Origin: Eledone cirrhosa | Lineage: Eukaryota | Assembly: GCA_964016885.1 (NCBI GenBank) | Contig: OZ024743.1 | Span: forward strand, 122,016,001 to 122,080,000 | DNA: 64,000 bases | Reading direction: 5' to 3' | Shown here: in pieces, positions 1-14,227 of the stretch | Layout: each line of letters opens with the position of its first letter | How positions within the stretch are numbered: position 1 is the first letter of the stretch | Translations under genes and position numbers: made by a program | Notes under the pieces: generated by a model | What the model was told of the DNA's origin: nothing | The model's input: the letters and a program-made list of their open reading frames with translations, nothing else | Databases searched by the model: none

Positions 1-929
1 CTTTAAAGTGTGTACAGGGTGCATTTTATTGTAGTACCAGCACTACTACTTTAAAGTGTATACAGGGTGCATTTTATTGTAGTACCAGCACTCTTTAGAG
101 AAGTATGAACCACCTCAAGACTTCCTATTTCCTTCTCATAACCATTATCCTCAAACAATATTTTTTTCTTATATATAAATTAATTTAGTTGTACTATTTG
201 ATATTTTAAGCAAAAAACTAGTTTCTCATTTGAATTATAGTTAGGCTTAATTTTATTTGCTTCAAAATATTTTCTTAATTTCAAATTGAAATCAAACAAA
301 TCAATTAATATTTTAATGAGATAAATTTAAATTGCAAACGATTTAAAAAATTGGAATGGTATATAGAAGTAAAATACCTAAACTATTAAAGCAAGTCTTG
401 AAATATGTTCATTTTAATTAATTTTGCCATATTTTCTAGTTCAATAAAGAAAAAATAAACAAGATGAAAAAACTTACCTGTGTAAATTGCCAAAAACAAA
501 TTTGAAGAAAGCTAACTAAAATTTCATTTTTACTTTCTATTTTTTTTTAAGATATACATGTGAATTATTTTAAAAAGTAAAGTCTTCATTTTGTGTTTTA
601 TTTAATTTAATTGTGTGTATGTGTACTTCATGCTAGTTTCTTAAACATATGAAATAAAACTTCCCTTCAATAGATTGCTAGTCTATCATAAGTATTCAAC
701 CCCTCCATCCATCAGAAAAAATGTGCCTATATTCGAGTTTAGTAAATCTAGAAGTTATATCAAGTATACATACACGTTTAGGTATACAAATGAGGAAAAT
801 AATACTCAATGCATGTAGAAGAGTTTAAATATTTGTTCAAAACTAATCATACACTCTGTCACTCATCAGAGCTTTTGATTATGTGTGCTCCACTGAGCAA
901 GAAAAAAATTCTTTTTGTTGCCTGAAGGA

Positions 930-1180
930 AACACATAGTGAGAATCTGAGAAATGATGCAGTGAATGATCAGTTTCAAATGAATAACTACACATATGAAC
1001 ATATATAGATCAGATCACAGACAGTTCAAGCTGAACCAAAACTAATGTGTAATTTATGTGGATGTCTTTTTAAAAGTATGTCTGGTCTAAAAGGTCACAT
1101 AAGATCTCATATCAGAACTGAGCATCATATATATATATACTGAAGTGGTCAAGATTTGTATCGAGAAGACAACCAATAAT
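930..1180 (+). pseudogene. RTE/BovB-type 3' end with C2H2 finger
   Basis: LMCNLCGCLFKSMSGLKGHIRSH at ~1042-1110, followed by a short UTR and TA repeat. Confidence 0.55.
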
Positions 1181-1546
1181 ATATATATATATATATATAT
1201 GCTTTTTGTGAAAATCAGACATATGGAACTATTGTCATCTTGCCTGATGGTTTGAACTTTACAACACCACCTGCCTCTTTGAGGTCAAATACCAACCCTA
1301 CTAGCATCTATAAACTGACCAATGAGAATTAAGATTATTCCTGCTGACAACATTAAATTATTCCTAACAAGCTCATATGTCCCAAGGCTCTGATACAATC
1401 AACACCATAAACACAGAACTGGCATATCTAAGAACTGACTAACTGCCTGATGAGGTCATAGCCACTCAATGGCTATCATCGAAATATATATAGCAGTAAA
1501 TAAAGGATTATGAGTTCATGCAATTGACTTATGTTTCGTCACTTTC

Positions 1547-1878
1547 TATCATCATTTCATTTTACGTCCACTTTTCCCTGCTTGCAAGGGTGGGACGGGA
1601 ACTGATTCTGGTTTGATTTCTACAGCTGGATGCCCTTCCTAACACCAACCTCATTTACAGTGAGTGCTGGGTGCTTTTTTGCCGTGGCACCTCCACGACC
1701 ACTTTGCAGTGGAATGATAGGGATCCCAGTCCCTATCATCTCATTTCTACAGCTGAGTAAACTGGAGCAATGTGAAATAAAGTGTCTTGCTCAAGGAAAC
1801 AACACATTATCCGGTCTGAGAATTGAACTCACAACCTTTCGATTGCAAGGCCAATGCTCTAACCACTAAGCCATGTGC
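1547..1878 (-). mobile_element. Same SINE family as 47128-47522
   Basis: High identity by eye to the reverse complement of 47131-47510, with one fewer internal sub-repeat. Confidence 0.85.
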
Positions 1879-1962
1879 ATATATATAAAATCATTCATGA
1901 TTATGTTGTTGTTACAGCTCACACCTGCACAGGTTGTGTCTCACAGGAGGTTTCTTTGGTAT

Positions 1963-2165
1963 TTAACCCTTTAATGTTCAAAAGGGCCAGCATTCTCTAC
2001 CTTTTTCTGTTGAAACTGGCTGTAACTGGTCGCTCTAACTGGTGTTAAGGTATTGTTCTCAAAATAAATACTTTCAAAATCTCAGATTCGATATTATGTG
2101 AGATAAAGCATCTACCATGAAAATACAATAGTAAATATAGAGTAATGTGACTGCTAAAGGGTTAA
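1963..2165. mobile_element. piggyBac-like MITE (TTAA-CCCTTT...AAAGGG-TTAA)
   Basis: TTAA on both sides with CCC/GGG termini. Internal sequence homologous to 48809-49037. Confidence 0.8.
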
Positions 2166-2671
2166 ATCATAGTGTCCCAGCCCTATCATGTCACAATTTT
2201 ATTTGTGGCAGGAGGTTGGGTTTGAAATCAGAATGCATGAAGCTGAAATGAATACCACAAGAAACTTAATCTGATGCTTTAATGACTTTGCCAATGCATC
2301 TCGTCAGGCATTCGAACAATTCTGCTAATCCGCTGGATGAAAGGATGAAAGCCAAAGTTGACCAAGGCAAGAATTGAACTCAGAGTGCAGAGAGCTGAAA
2401 CTAATCCCACTACTGATGTTTAGTGATTCTATCAACAATTTACTGCCTTAATCAATATTGATTGAGAATAATTTATTAAATACTATATCTAAAATGATGT
2501 ACACCAAATATAAATGAAGAATAAATTCATGTACTTTATTTGAACAATTTGAGGTAATTAATATTCTTATCTTTAATGCAATATGTTTTGAAAACGAACA
2601 CCCTCAGAAGTATCAAATATTAAAAGAAATAGTAATATATATCTTAGCAATAAACATGAGATGATACTTAC

Positions 2672-2753
2672 AGTTTTACTTCATATCTTCAGTTAGTTAA
2701 AGAGGTGTCAGGTTCATCTGAGACTTCAAAATCTGTCTTTGATTTTAAATGAA
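2672..2753 (-). CDS. Candidate stop-containing exon (xHLKSKTDFEVSDEPDTSLTN*)
   Basis: Weak acceptor ...gcaatag. The phase-1 reading is protein-like and ends TGA at 2691-2689. A GTAAGT donor follows 17 nt later. Confidence 0.3.
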
Positions 2754-3131
2754 CTATTGCCTCACAAACAATTAAAAGTACCTAACATCATAGCCTAACT
2801 GAAGCACATAAATAAAATATTTTGTGGGTTGCTGAAGGCCTTACACAAAGCGAAACCTTGAATTTGCGATATTTCTCAATTTATGTGTAATTGATAACAA
2901 AATTAGCACAAATTACCATATGAATACTAAATCTAATTGACCTAAAATCCACAATGAAATACACGTTATTTTCAGATATGCAATTTTAGGTATTTCTAGA
3001 GGAAATATCACAAGTATAAATGTTTTTCTAAGACTACTTCAATATCCTACTTTCCTTCATATACATCTTCATTAAAAACATAATATAATCAAATATAAGC
3101 AGCTACATTTATAAAGCTTATCATAGTTTCT

Positions 3132-3377
3132 TTAACCCTTGCAGAACCATATTTCTAACGTAATACACACTATTTTAATTAATCACTGAAGAATTTTGAG
3201 GGATTTACTGAAATTATTAATTATTTTATTACTATGATAGTAAATTAACATGTGGTTCTTACATAATGCTATGTTGGAAGATTTTAATTTAAATTAAGAA
3301 TCCTTTAAAATGAGTAGTTTTGTTTCTTAGAACCTGAGCCAGTTTTGGGGGAACATTAGTGGTATCAAAAGAGTTAG
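3132..3377. mobile_element. Second piggyBac-like MITE family copy (old)
   Basis: ttaacccttgcagaacc...ggtatcaaaagagttag. Shares gaattttgagggattta with the 17844 copy. Confidence 0.55.
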
Positions 3378-3530
3378 TTTTATTTCATACAATTTTAAAA
3401 TTACATTTTTTTATCTGGCACATAGTTTTGTTGCTAAATCAATTGGCTAATATCTATGACTATGAAGCAAATTTAGAGGCAGTAAATATATTAATAGCAA
3501 AATGGTATAGTTTATATAAAGTATTGTGAG

Positions 3531-3855
3531 ATATGTAATAAGGAAAGCCAGTACAAAGTAGATAAGAAATATAAAGATGAAACTAGAGTAGGGTAAAATA
3601 ACAATGAGAAAACAAACAATATTTTCACCATATATATTTCATGGTATTTCAAGGTTATAACCATCTTTTCAAATGACAAATGAAAGAAAACAACGGGTCC
3701 AATTTTTCTTCAATCATTTGAAATGAAGGTTATAACACCATGAAATATATAGGGTAAAAATATTGATTTGTTTTGTCTTATTTTACTCTAGTTTTAACCT
3801 TATATTTTCTATTTGCATTGTACCAGCTTTTCCAGAACTTTCTTTATTTACATAT
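3531..3855. repeat. Old imperfect fold-back element
   Basis: aaactagagta/tactctagttt, tatatttcatggt/accatgaaatata and ttcaaatga/tcatttgaa pairs nested around ~3695. Confidence 0.7.
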
Positions 3856-5100
3856 CAAAAGCTAATTCTATGTACCTAATCAAATACTTTTCAGTTATAT
3901 AAGAACTTAATTAATATTACAATTAGCAACCAATAAATATATTTCCAATGAATCAAATGCAGGACATATGTATTAATGTTCAGAAAACCATCAGCACAAT
4001 GCTACTCATATGATGAGGGATGGCTTTGGACTTATCTCTATTCAATCTCCCTATTGCCATTCTTACTTCTTTCTCCCATTAAGATGCTAATGTATAAGGG
4101 ATTGCATCAGATCTGGTTCTCCCTTTCTGTGCTGTCAGCTATCATTCCCTTTCTTTCAAACCACTTGCTATTGATAATCCTTAATCTCTCTTACCATCAA
4201 CTATCTCTATACATCATTCACTACCTCTCTTTCTCACAAACCAGCATGTAGCTACCATTATTGTTTCTTCCATTTCTACCATTGCTCAGCAGTCTCTCTT
4301 TCATTACACCCTCCTATATCACACTCTTACCCCAATCATTCTGTTTCTCCCATCATACTTTCATTCCTTTCACCTAATAATGCTGGTTCTTCTTTTATAA
4401 TTACTTTCTCTTATATTCACTATTTTGGTTATGTTCTTTAGAGTAAACAGAGATACCATAATGTAGAGGGGAGTATTTAGTATTGCAAATCACGAGGCAA
4501 CTTCACTCATGCAGGTCTCTTGATAAAGTAGTTGGAAAGCAAACAGGGATAACATAGGTAGATAGGAAGATTTAATCAGTTTGGGGACATGACAACTTCT
4601 CTAGAGTTGCTGCCATGATAAAATAATAAGGCCAGTACATTCATTGGAACCAGCAGTAGATGTCATGCCAAAAGTGGAATGTATGAGTGAGACGAGTTCT
4701 CCTGATCAATCTAGGAGAGCAGTAAGTCTGAATAACAATTGACACTGACTCTGATGACCTATCCAGCTCACGTCAGCATGGAAAGTGGAGAAGGATAAAA
4801 ATATGTATAATTTCTTGATCAATATAGCCTCTTAGTTTTGAAGAATTAAACTTGCCTGAAGAGTATTGCAGATTCTTCAATTATTGGTATTTCCAATATA
4901 TTTCTTTCACAAATGAAACCATTGTAGGGGATCTTTATATAAGTGAGACTAACTAAAATATTCTTTTGTCTGTCTGGTTTATACTCCCATAAATAGAGTT
5001 TTTCTCACATAAATTTAATATGTAATATTGCTTCTCTAAGTGATATCTTATCTATATATTTTATCCACTAATTGAGATGTTTAAGTATTAGAGACCTTTG

Positions 5101-5137
<37 letters not shown>

Positions 5138-5141
<4 letters not shown>

Positions 5142-5330
5142 GGTATGACCCCGACGACAGAGCTCAAGCTGTTTTGACAGCTATTTCTAGAAAGAAATAG
5201 CCGTCGAAACGGCTTGAGCTCTGCCGTCGGGGTCATACCTTTTCCTATTACCCACTCTACTACCCTAAGTATTGAGTACTCTGGTGCGTTATGGTCCATC
5301 TGGTTCCTTACCACAATTCCTTCGTTTATA
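5138..5330 (+). mobile_element. Short TA-inserted hairpin element (~105-bp palindrome + gtattgagtact tail)
   Basis: aaaaggtatgaccccgacg...cgtcggggtcatacctttt. Relatives at 19621-19680 and 53861-54045. Confidence 0.7.
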
Positions 5331-5399
5331 TATATATATATCACACACACATATACATACATACATAGATATACATATGGGGAATTACATTATTCATAG

Positions 5400-5990
5400 A
5401 TTCAGCTAAGGAATTGCTCTGGAAAAATGGTTTTCTATTTACTGATAGTCAATCGAACCTAGATGTGCTTCAATCAAGAAAAGGGGGTTGGATTAGAGAT
5501 ATTAAGAATGCTCCGCTAAAAATAGATAACTACCTCTCAGAAAGTAAAAAAGAAATAAGTGATTTGGATACTGGACCATACAGATATTAGAGGAAATAGG
5601 AAAGCAGACAAATTAACAAAAGAAGGAGCACAAAGGGAAATAGATATAGATTACATTCCAAATCTTTTGCAGGTAAAATCATTTAGCAAACATATAATTA
5701 GTGAAGGGTGGGAAACATTTTGGGAAGAATCCAGAGATAAGCTCCCAAATTTCATTTCCCACTTTCTAAACCAGATTTGACAATATTCAAAATTTATCAA
5801 TCATTGAGTAATGCAAATGAAAAAAAGACTATGTTGGCTTCAAACTGGACATATACCTTTGAACTACATTCTATCAAGAACAGGTCATAGAAATTCACCT
5901 CTATGTACTTGAGGTGACTCTCCAGAAACTCTTTGGCATTATTTATTCCAATATAGAAACTATCAGTCTGAGAGAGAAGCCATGTTGAAA
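5400..5990 (+). pseudogene. Degenerate LINE-type RNase H fragment
   Basis: FTDSQS at ~5437 and WILDHTDIRGNRKADKLTKEG (W.PGH..I.GNE.AD.LAK motif). Confidence 0.65.
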
Positions 5991-6282
5991 CCAATCTTTA
6001 AAAAGATAGCAAGTTTAATATATGATTACAGGTCTACCAAATATAAACAAAATCTTTGAGTACATGGAAGCTACAAAAAGATTCAACAACAGAAACTTCT
6101 AGCTGTTTTACAGTTTTCCTTGTTTCCTCATAATCTGCCTCCCATTGGCCTTCAATATTTGAAATTTAATTTAAATTTAATTTTATTTTTTTCCCCTTAA
6201 TCCTTTTGATTACCAACTGTAAGGAGTACTCGATACTTCCCCTAGTGTGTCATGGCTAGGGACATTTAAATTGAATAAATGA

Positions 6283-6354
<72 letters not shown>

Positions 6355-6765
6355 AGAATAATAAATTTGAAGACTAAAATCCAAAGAGGGCTCGATAAGG
6401 ATAAATATATATCAAATATATAACCATAGAGCAAATATTTATTTTAATGTTATTTTAATAAATAAATATATATATATATATATATACGTATATATACACA
6501 TTCATACATATATATACACATACATATATATATAACATACATATATATATACACATACATATATATATACACATACATATATATATATACACATACATAT
6601 ATATATATACACGTACATATATATATACATATATACATGCATATATATATATACATATATATATAAATACATATATATGTAAAAGTTCTATTTAAATTGT
6701 TGGGATATAACAAGTAAATATTTTTATAACTGATATAAAGCACTCAACAATTAATTGGAGTAAAA

Positions 6766-7071
6766 ATACGATATTAACAAATGGAAACTATATTTATATA
6801 ACCATATTTATTTCATTATACATATTTCAAGGACACCAAGTTAAATTATGGTGTGCTTTCATCAGATAAAATATAATATAGAGCAGTTTTATAAATAAAT
6901 ATTGACATAAGGGTATGTCAATATTTATTTATAAAACTGCTCTATATTATATTTTATCTGATGAAAGCACACCATAATTTAACTTGGTGTCCTTGAAATA
7001 TGTATAATGAAATAAATATGGTTTTATAAATATGGTTTTATAAATATAGTTTCCATTTGTTAATATCGTAT
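6766..7071. repeat. Long palindrome (144/158-bp arms, 4-nt spacer) with a hammerhead-like motif in each arm
   Basis: Arms are reverse complements around gacata-aggg-tatgtc (6904-6919). The right arm has an extra 14-bp duplication. Confidence 0.92.
6951..7013 (+). ncRNA. Putative minimal type I hammerhead ribozyme
   Basis: Helix I attttat/atgaaat; core CTGATGA (6958-6964); helix II aag-c-acacca/tggtgt-c-ctt; GAAA (6995-6998); short helix III; AUA cleavage triplet ending 7006. Confidence 0.55.
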
Positions 7072-8976
7072 ATACATATATATATATGTATATATATACA
7101 TATATATATGGTGGCTGCCAACTCGTTTTCGAGTACGGCCACTACTTTATATCCATGTAGGAGAACTCCTACCGCTGCGCCGAACGAGTGTGACTTTTTA
7201 GTCCAGCCAGCGACTTGAAAACTCTGGTACAAACACTACACTTGTGACAATTATTGACACATAGTGCTGGGCCCATGGTACCACGTGACGACAAGTGCAG
7301 AGAGATCTCCAGATATAAAGCAATGCCTGTGACGTGAAGCTTTTATAGTGAGCAAAGGCACTGCACAAAGCCAGTCCCACTCTCTTAACCAAGATGATAT
7401 TTACCAAAAAGAAGAACAAGTCAACATCATTGGATACCATCAGGGTTGCAGGTGTTATATCAGAGTTTTCCTTCTCCTAGAATTCTGCCTTGACAAAGGC
7501 TAAGGGGTCATCTATATATATGTATATATATACACACACCATATATATCCATATACCATGTGTATGTGCTTGTATGTGCATGCATATGCCTGTATGCCCC
7601 TTTGTAGAAGTGTGTTTATGCATGTGCCTATATGAGTGTGTCTGTATGCATGTGAGTGGATGAGTAAGAATATATGAGTATAGATATATTTGCATCAATG
7701 TATTTTGTGTCAAGCAAAGAAAGACTACTAATTGCAGAAACTCATAAATTTCTCCGTTACACTGTCCATTACTAATTACTAACAGCCCCATTTTGGCTGA
7801 ATAAAAATAGCAGCCCTGATGAATAAGGAAAAAAAACGTATTTGAAATGCATGATTTACAACGAAACTTGAAGTCTGCTGATACAACGTTCAGCCTGTAT
7901 ATTATATTTTTTCACACACACTACACAGAGGTGTGTGTGTATGTATGTACACACACATATATATATAGAGAGAGAGAAGGAGAAAGAAATTCAGCAAAAG
8001 AGAGAGAGGAAAGAAATTCAGTAAGAGTGAGAAAGAGAAGTTTGCAGCACAAAATTCCCCAGGACATTCCACCCTCCTCCCAAATTCCCATTTCTGTACG
8101 ACACAAGCTTCTGAAACTTTAAACATTCCAAAAAGCAACCACATGCTATCATTACCGAAATTGAATACAGAAATATTAAAAAGAAAAAGATGTTGAATAT
8201 GAAAGCAAAAGCTAGGAAGTGAGAGTCAAAGAAGTTAACATTCTCCAAAAAGAAGTGAGAGAAAAAGAAAGAAAAGGAAATGTGATAGACTTATAAAAAA
8301 ATGTCATAGATAGTTAAATGAAAAATACTATCAGAAAGTTACAGTAGATTTATTATGAGAAGAAATAATACACAACTACAGAAAAATTCACCAACAGCAA
8401 TTCACTAATAGAAATTCACCAATTAGCAAATATACCTACATTCAATTGACTGATTAAGATATTCACTGATGGTAAATTATTAACGAATATAAGGATTTCA
8501 ATAAAGGGTAAAAAAGAAAAATACTTATTCTTCACAAAATATATTAAAAAAATATGTAAACATTGACAAATTTTTTTAAGGATTTCTATTATGAGCTGAG
8601 TTAAATATGAAATGATAAACTCATTAAGTTTGTAGTTCACTACAAGCCTTTTTATTTCTTTATCTCTTCAAATGAAGCACTTGCAAATCAGGGAACTTTT
8701 AGTCAGTGAATTGCTGTTCATGAATTGCTTTTGGTGAATCTTATGCACACAGTAATGCACATCATGATCAACTTAAATCTTCAACACTGATTCAGTTTGG
8801 AAGAAACTGCAAACAATAACCACTCTCCATTTTTTGAGCTTAAGAGACTACAGATTTAACAAGAACTAGTGGAGACTGAGAAAGAATGAAGAAGATGGAC
8901 GACTATGTGGTTTTCCTTTTCACAAGAGAGTGATTTAAATGAATTCATTCCAACGTGCAATAAAGAAGTAACTTAC

Positions 8977-9003
8977 CATCTTTTTTGAGAGATTTATATT
9001 GAA
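8977..9003 (-). CDS. Candidate 27-nt phase-1 micro-exon (xQYKSLKKD)
   Basis: attattttctgttttag | TTCAATATAAATCTCTCAAAAAAGATG | gtaagt. Consensus acceptor and donor, frame-preserving. Confidence 0.5.
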
Positions 9004-9623
9004 CTAAAACAGAAAATAATTATCATGTTATATTTTAAGAAAAGGGAAAATAGGAAAGAATGTAAATCTACTTTCCAATACAACTAAATAATTAAAACAG
9101 AATTTTGAAAATTCTTTAAAGAATCAAGCAGCCAAAATAAATTATCACATACAAATTATAATAGCAATAATAATTATAAAATAAAAAAGCAGTATAATGA
9201 TGACATTGATGCTAAGTAGATTTTTATGAAAATAAAACACCAGAGAATGACTTCGACTATGTTTATAATCTTAACTTAAAATCATTTATTGAAAAAACGA
9301 GCATGAACTACAATGAACTACTAATTATAAATAACATTGAAGAAGAGATAAGATTGCAATATGTTACTTAATCTAAGAAGTATTCTTACTAAACAGTAAT
9401 AATTTATTTATTTCTCTGGTATAATTGTTGCACAAATTAGTTTTAAGTACAAAATGTAAAATTGGTCTGAAGAAAAAATATCTTGAAAATATCACCCTAC
9501 ATGCAGTAAAAACAAAACAAAATAAAAAAAACCAAAGTAAGAATTCCAGCAATAAAAAAAATACCATGTAAAAGAAAGGAAGATAAGGAAATCTGAAAGA
9601 AGGAAGCATCCATGACATCATAC

Positions 9624-9647
9624 CTGCCTTTAATTTGGAATGAAATA
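9624..9647 (-). CDS. Candidate 24-nt phase-1 micro-exon (xVFHSKLKA)
   Basis: Long pyrimidine tract ...cttttacttcctatatacccctcctattatcccgccag | TATTTCATTCCAAATTAAAGGCAG | gtatga. Length is a multiple of 3, it is open in phase 1, and it is not in a recognisable repeat. Confidence 0.45.
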
Positions 9648-12026
9648 CTGGCGGGATAATAGGAGGGGTATATAGGAAGTAAAAGTAATAAACAATTTGT
9701 CTTAGTAGATAGGGTGTAGTTCATACATCATCCCCGCACTTGACTAGTACTTTATATTACCACCCACATAGATTTGAATGATACAATTTAAATGAGATTA
9801 TAGAAGCTAAAAATCTAATTTCAGGTTTAGTTTGTATTTTAACTTAAGTAATTTTTATCTAAAATAAATATTTATAATTAAAAATGGCAGTTTTCAAACA
9901 ATTTTATTTCACTTAATTCTTTCAACTAAAAATAATTCATTTCTGTTCTTAAATAAATGCATAATTAAATTCTAATATTGTTTTGGCATTTATTTTTATG
10001 CTTCTAATGCATAATTTATTTCAATTTTTCTGTTTACAGAAAAATTCAGATTTTACAATTTGTGTAAATATGGAGAAATTTTTGCATCTAAGCAATAAAA
10101 ACAGATTCTTAAAAATTTCTTACAAAATCTTTATTGAATATTTTCTATAATTCATAGCAAACAAATAAAAAACTTTATTCTTTCAATCACAGCATGTTGG
10201 TACATTGGTATCTACTATTTTACAGATAAAAATCGAACAAATTCTTGATATCTTTTGTCAGATATTGCCTATTTTTCTTTGATAAAATAAAGTTCATCCT
10301 TTTAAGCAAGTATTAGTTGCAAAGAAAAATAAAATTTGTTTTCAAGAAATTGTAGCACAACCAGCATATATCTTGAATATGGTATAATAATTCAATAAGG
10401 TGATCAAAATGGATAAACTGAGAACTGTTTCAACAAACTGTATTGCAAATTTCAAGAATCCAAGTGGAATAAAATCATTTAGATTGCTAAAGTATTAAAT
10501 TAAAATGCTGATGCATTATTTCATGTGAGTAATTTTGTTAATAGCTAGATTTGATTGGTATGAACTGTTATAGATTAACATTTTTAAAGCTTGATTAAAG
10601 TTTTACATTTTTGAGTTATGTTATTACAATTATTAAAATTGAAAGGATTGTGGATATCATTTTATGTTTTATTTACACTATATTTTGATTGTTATATTTG
10701 CATGCTTATTATGTTCAAATGTAATAGTTTTACATACTGTATATTTGCATTAAAGCTGAACTAAAATAAAAACCTTTATTGCAACTGACAGAATATCAAT
10801 ACATCTACATTATTGCCCTTTAAAATAGAAATATGCTAAATTCAAAGTAAAAAAAAACTTATTTAAAGAAAAGTATATTGTATTGAAGTATGTTCTGAAT
10901 TATTTCATAGGTACTTAGATAAAAATATAGAATAAAAATGTAACCTCATTGTATAAAAGAATATTTATGCTAGAAATGTTAGCATTTAAATGCCTTATAC
11001 CAACAACTGAAAAGAGTTATGACTTCCCCAGTAATGGATAACATTTAAATGGAATACCTAAAGTACTCTGAAGAGTAAACAACTAGAAGGCTTATATATA
11101 ATGACACTGATTCTGTAGCAACCTCATGAGAATATTAAAGCTGTAGTGGTCTCTGACACAGTAGTGAAGTTCACAGAAATGCATTTCAAGATTTCTGTGT
11201 ACTGCAAGCCAGCATCCACTGAGTTGTACATAAAGTCTTAGAATATCAGAAAAATTCAATAATATCTATCTATTGAGATTTGTATCCAGTCACAAGCAGA
11301 CTGTAAAGACAAACATAAATGCTTTGTGCCTCTACCTTCTGTAACAATCTGGTTGGGATCAGTGGAAACTATGCAACGACAAAACTAGAACAGTGTTAAA
11401 AATGAAAGTTATACTTTGTGGTTTTTCTGCAAAGTAAATGATGAATAAAAAATACTGACTGCAAAATAACCTATGCAGAATGAAACAGAATGGCTTTAAA
11501 GATCAGAATTGAAAAACTCTGAAAAATAGAAATCATAAACCATTTTATGCTTCACCAAGGAAATACTATGGCATCTATGTAAAAATTGCAAATATAAATC
11601 CAATACACTTCAAAGGAAGCAGAACATCTAATATTAACTGAAATCTAATGAGTAAAGCCAGCACAGACTATAGCCTAATATGGATGTTGTCACAAAGAAT
11701 AAATTGAAATAATTTTAAAATGTTATATCTATCTAGTGGATGAGAGCAATAAAACTTAATTTTCAATAAAGGTTTATGTGTTCTTTCATAACCTTATGAA
11801 AAGTTTACATTTAAAGATAATGTAAAAATATGCAGATCAAAATATAGTGTAAATAAAAGCAGAAATGATAGTATTAATAGTTTGATTGATATTTAATAGT
11901 TCAAAGTTTATATTAACGATAACTGAAATATATATATTTAGATTTCTTTTTAATAACTTTAGTATATAAATCTGAGTATGAAAAAAAGCAAATTTAAGAA
12001 TTTCTTTTATTCCAAGTTGATATATT

Positions 12027-13270
<1,244 letters not shown>

Positions 13271-14079
13271 GGAGAATTGTTTAAGTTTTAACAGCCTTCT
13301 AGTGTTTTAAAACTATAATATTAATTGAGAATAAAAAATGGAATACATGAATAAAAAGAAAGCATTTACAGGTAATCTTCATAAAAAAGTACAAAATATT
13401 ATGTCACTAAAATGCCAGAATATAGTTTTGGGTAGAAATCAGAAAACATACATCATTGGATCTTTTGATGTGCAAGCAGATTAATTATATATTAAGCAGA
13501 AAATATTTTTTAAAAATATTAATGATTAAATATCATCATGATGACTTATGCTTTTAAATATTATTTACAAGTTAAAATAATTAGAAAAATAGAAAAAATA
13601 GAAATAACACACAGAAGATTCAAGTTGCATTATTTAATAGGATCATTTGAAGAAATATAGCAAAGTGTGGTAAGAAAAATGTCAGATATTGAAAATAAGA
13701 AAGGTTCATGCTTATAGAAAATATAGTTAACAAAAATATACAATATACCCCAACCAATGTGTAAAAAATTATCAAGTTATGAAGAGGCCACAATAATAAG
13801 AGAGCAATTATAGAGTCCATCACAGAAATGAGTTATTATGAGTTTAAAAAAGAAATGTATAAATTACATTCAAGTATAACATGCTTAATTATAAATATAA
13901 AACACGTACAACTACCATAACTGAATCTTCTCAACAGGCCTGTATGATTAAGAATGGGGACAGTAAATATAATATACATTGAAGAATTTGGATAATCACA
14001 CATATTTACAAACACACACACCTGACCATTAAAAAATTGATTTTCTGTCGCATAACTACCTTCTTTGAAAAAAAAAAAG

Positions 14080-14161
<82 letters not shown>
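14080..14161. repeat. (AAT)n microsatellite, ~27 units
   Basis: Direct inspection. Confidence 0.97.
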
Positions 14162-14162
<1 letters not shown>

Positions 14163-14227
14163 GAATCTATGGTTTTCAAAAGATGAAATAGAGATGTATA
14201 AATTATGATAATACTTTTATATTTTTG

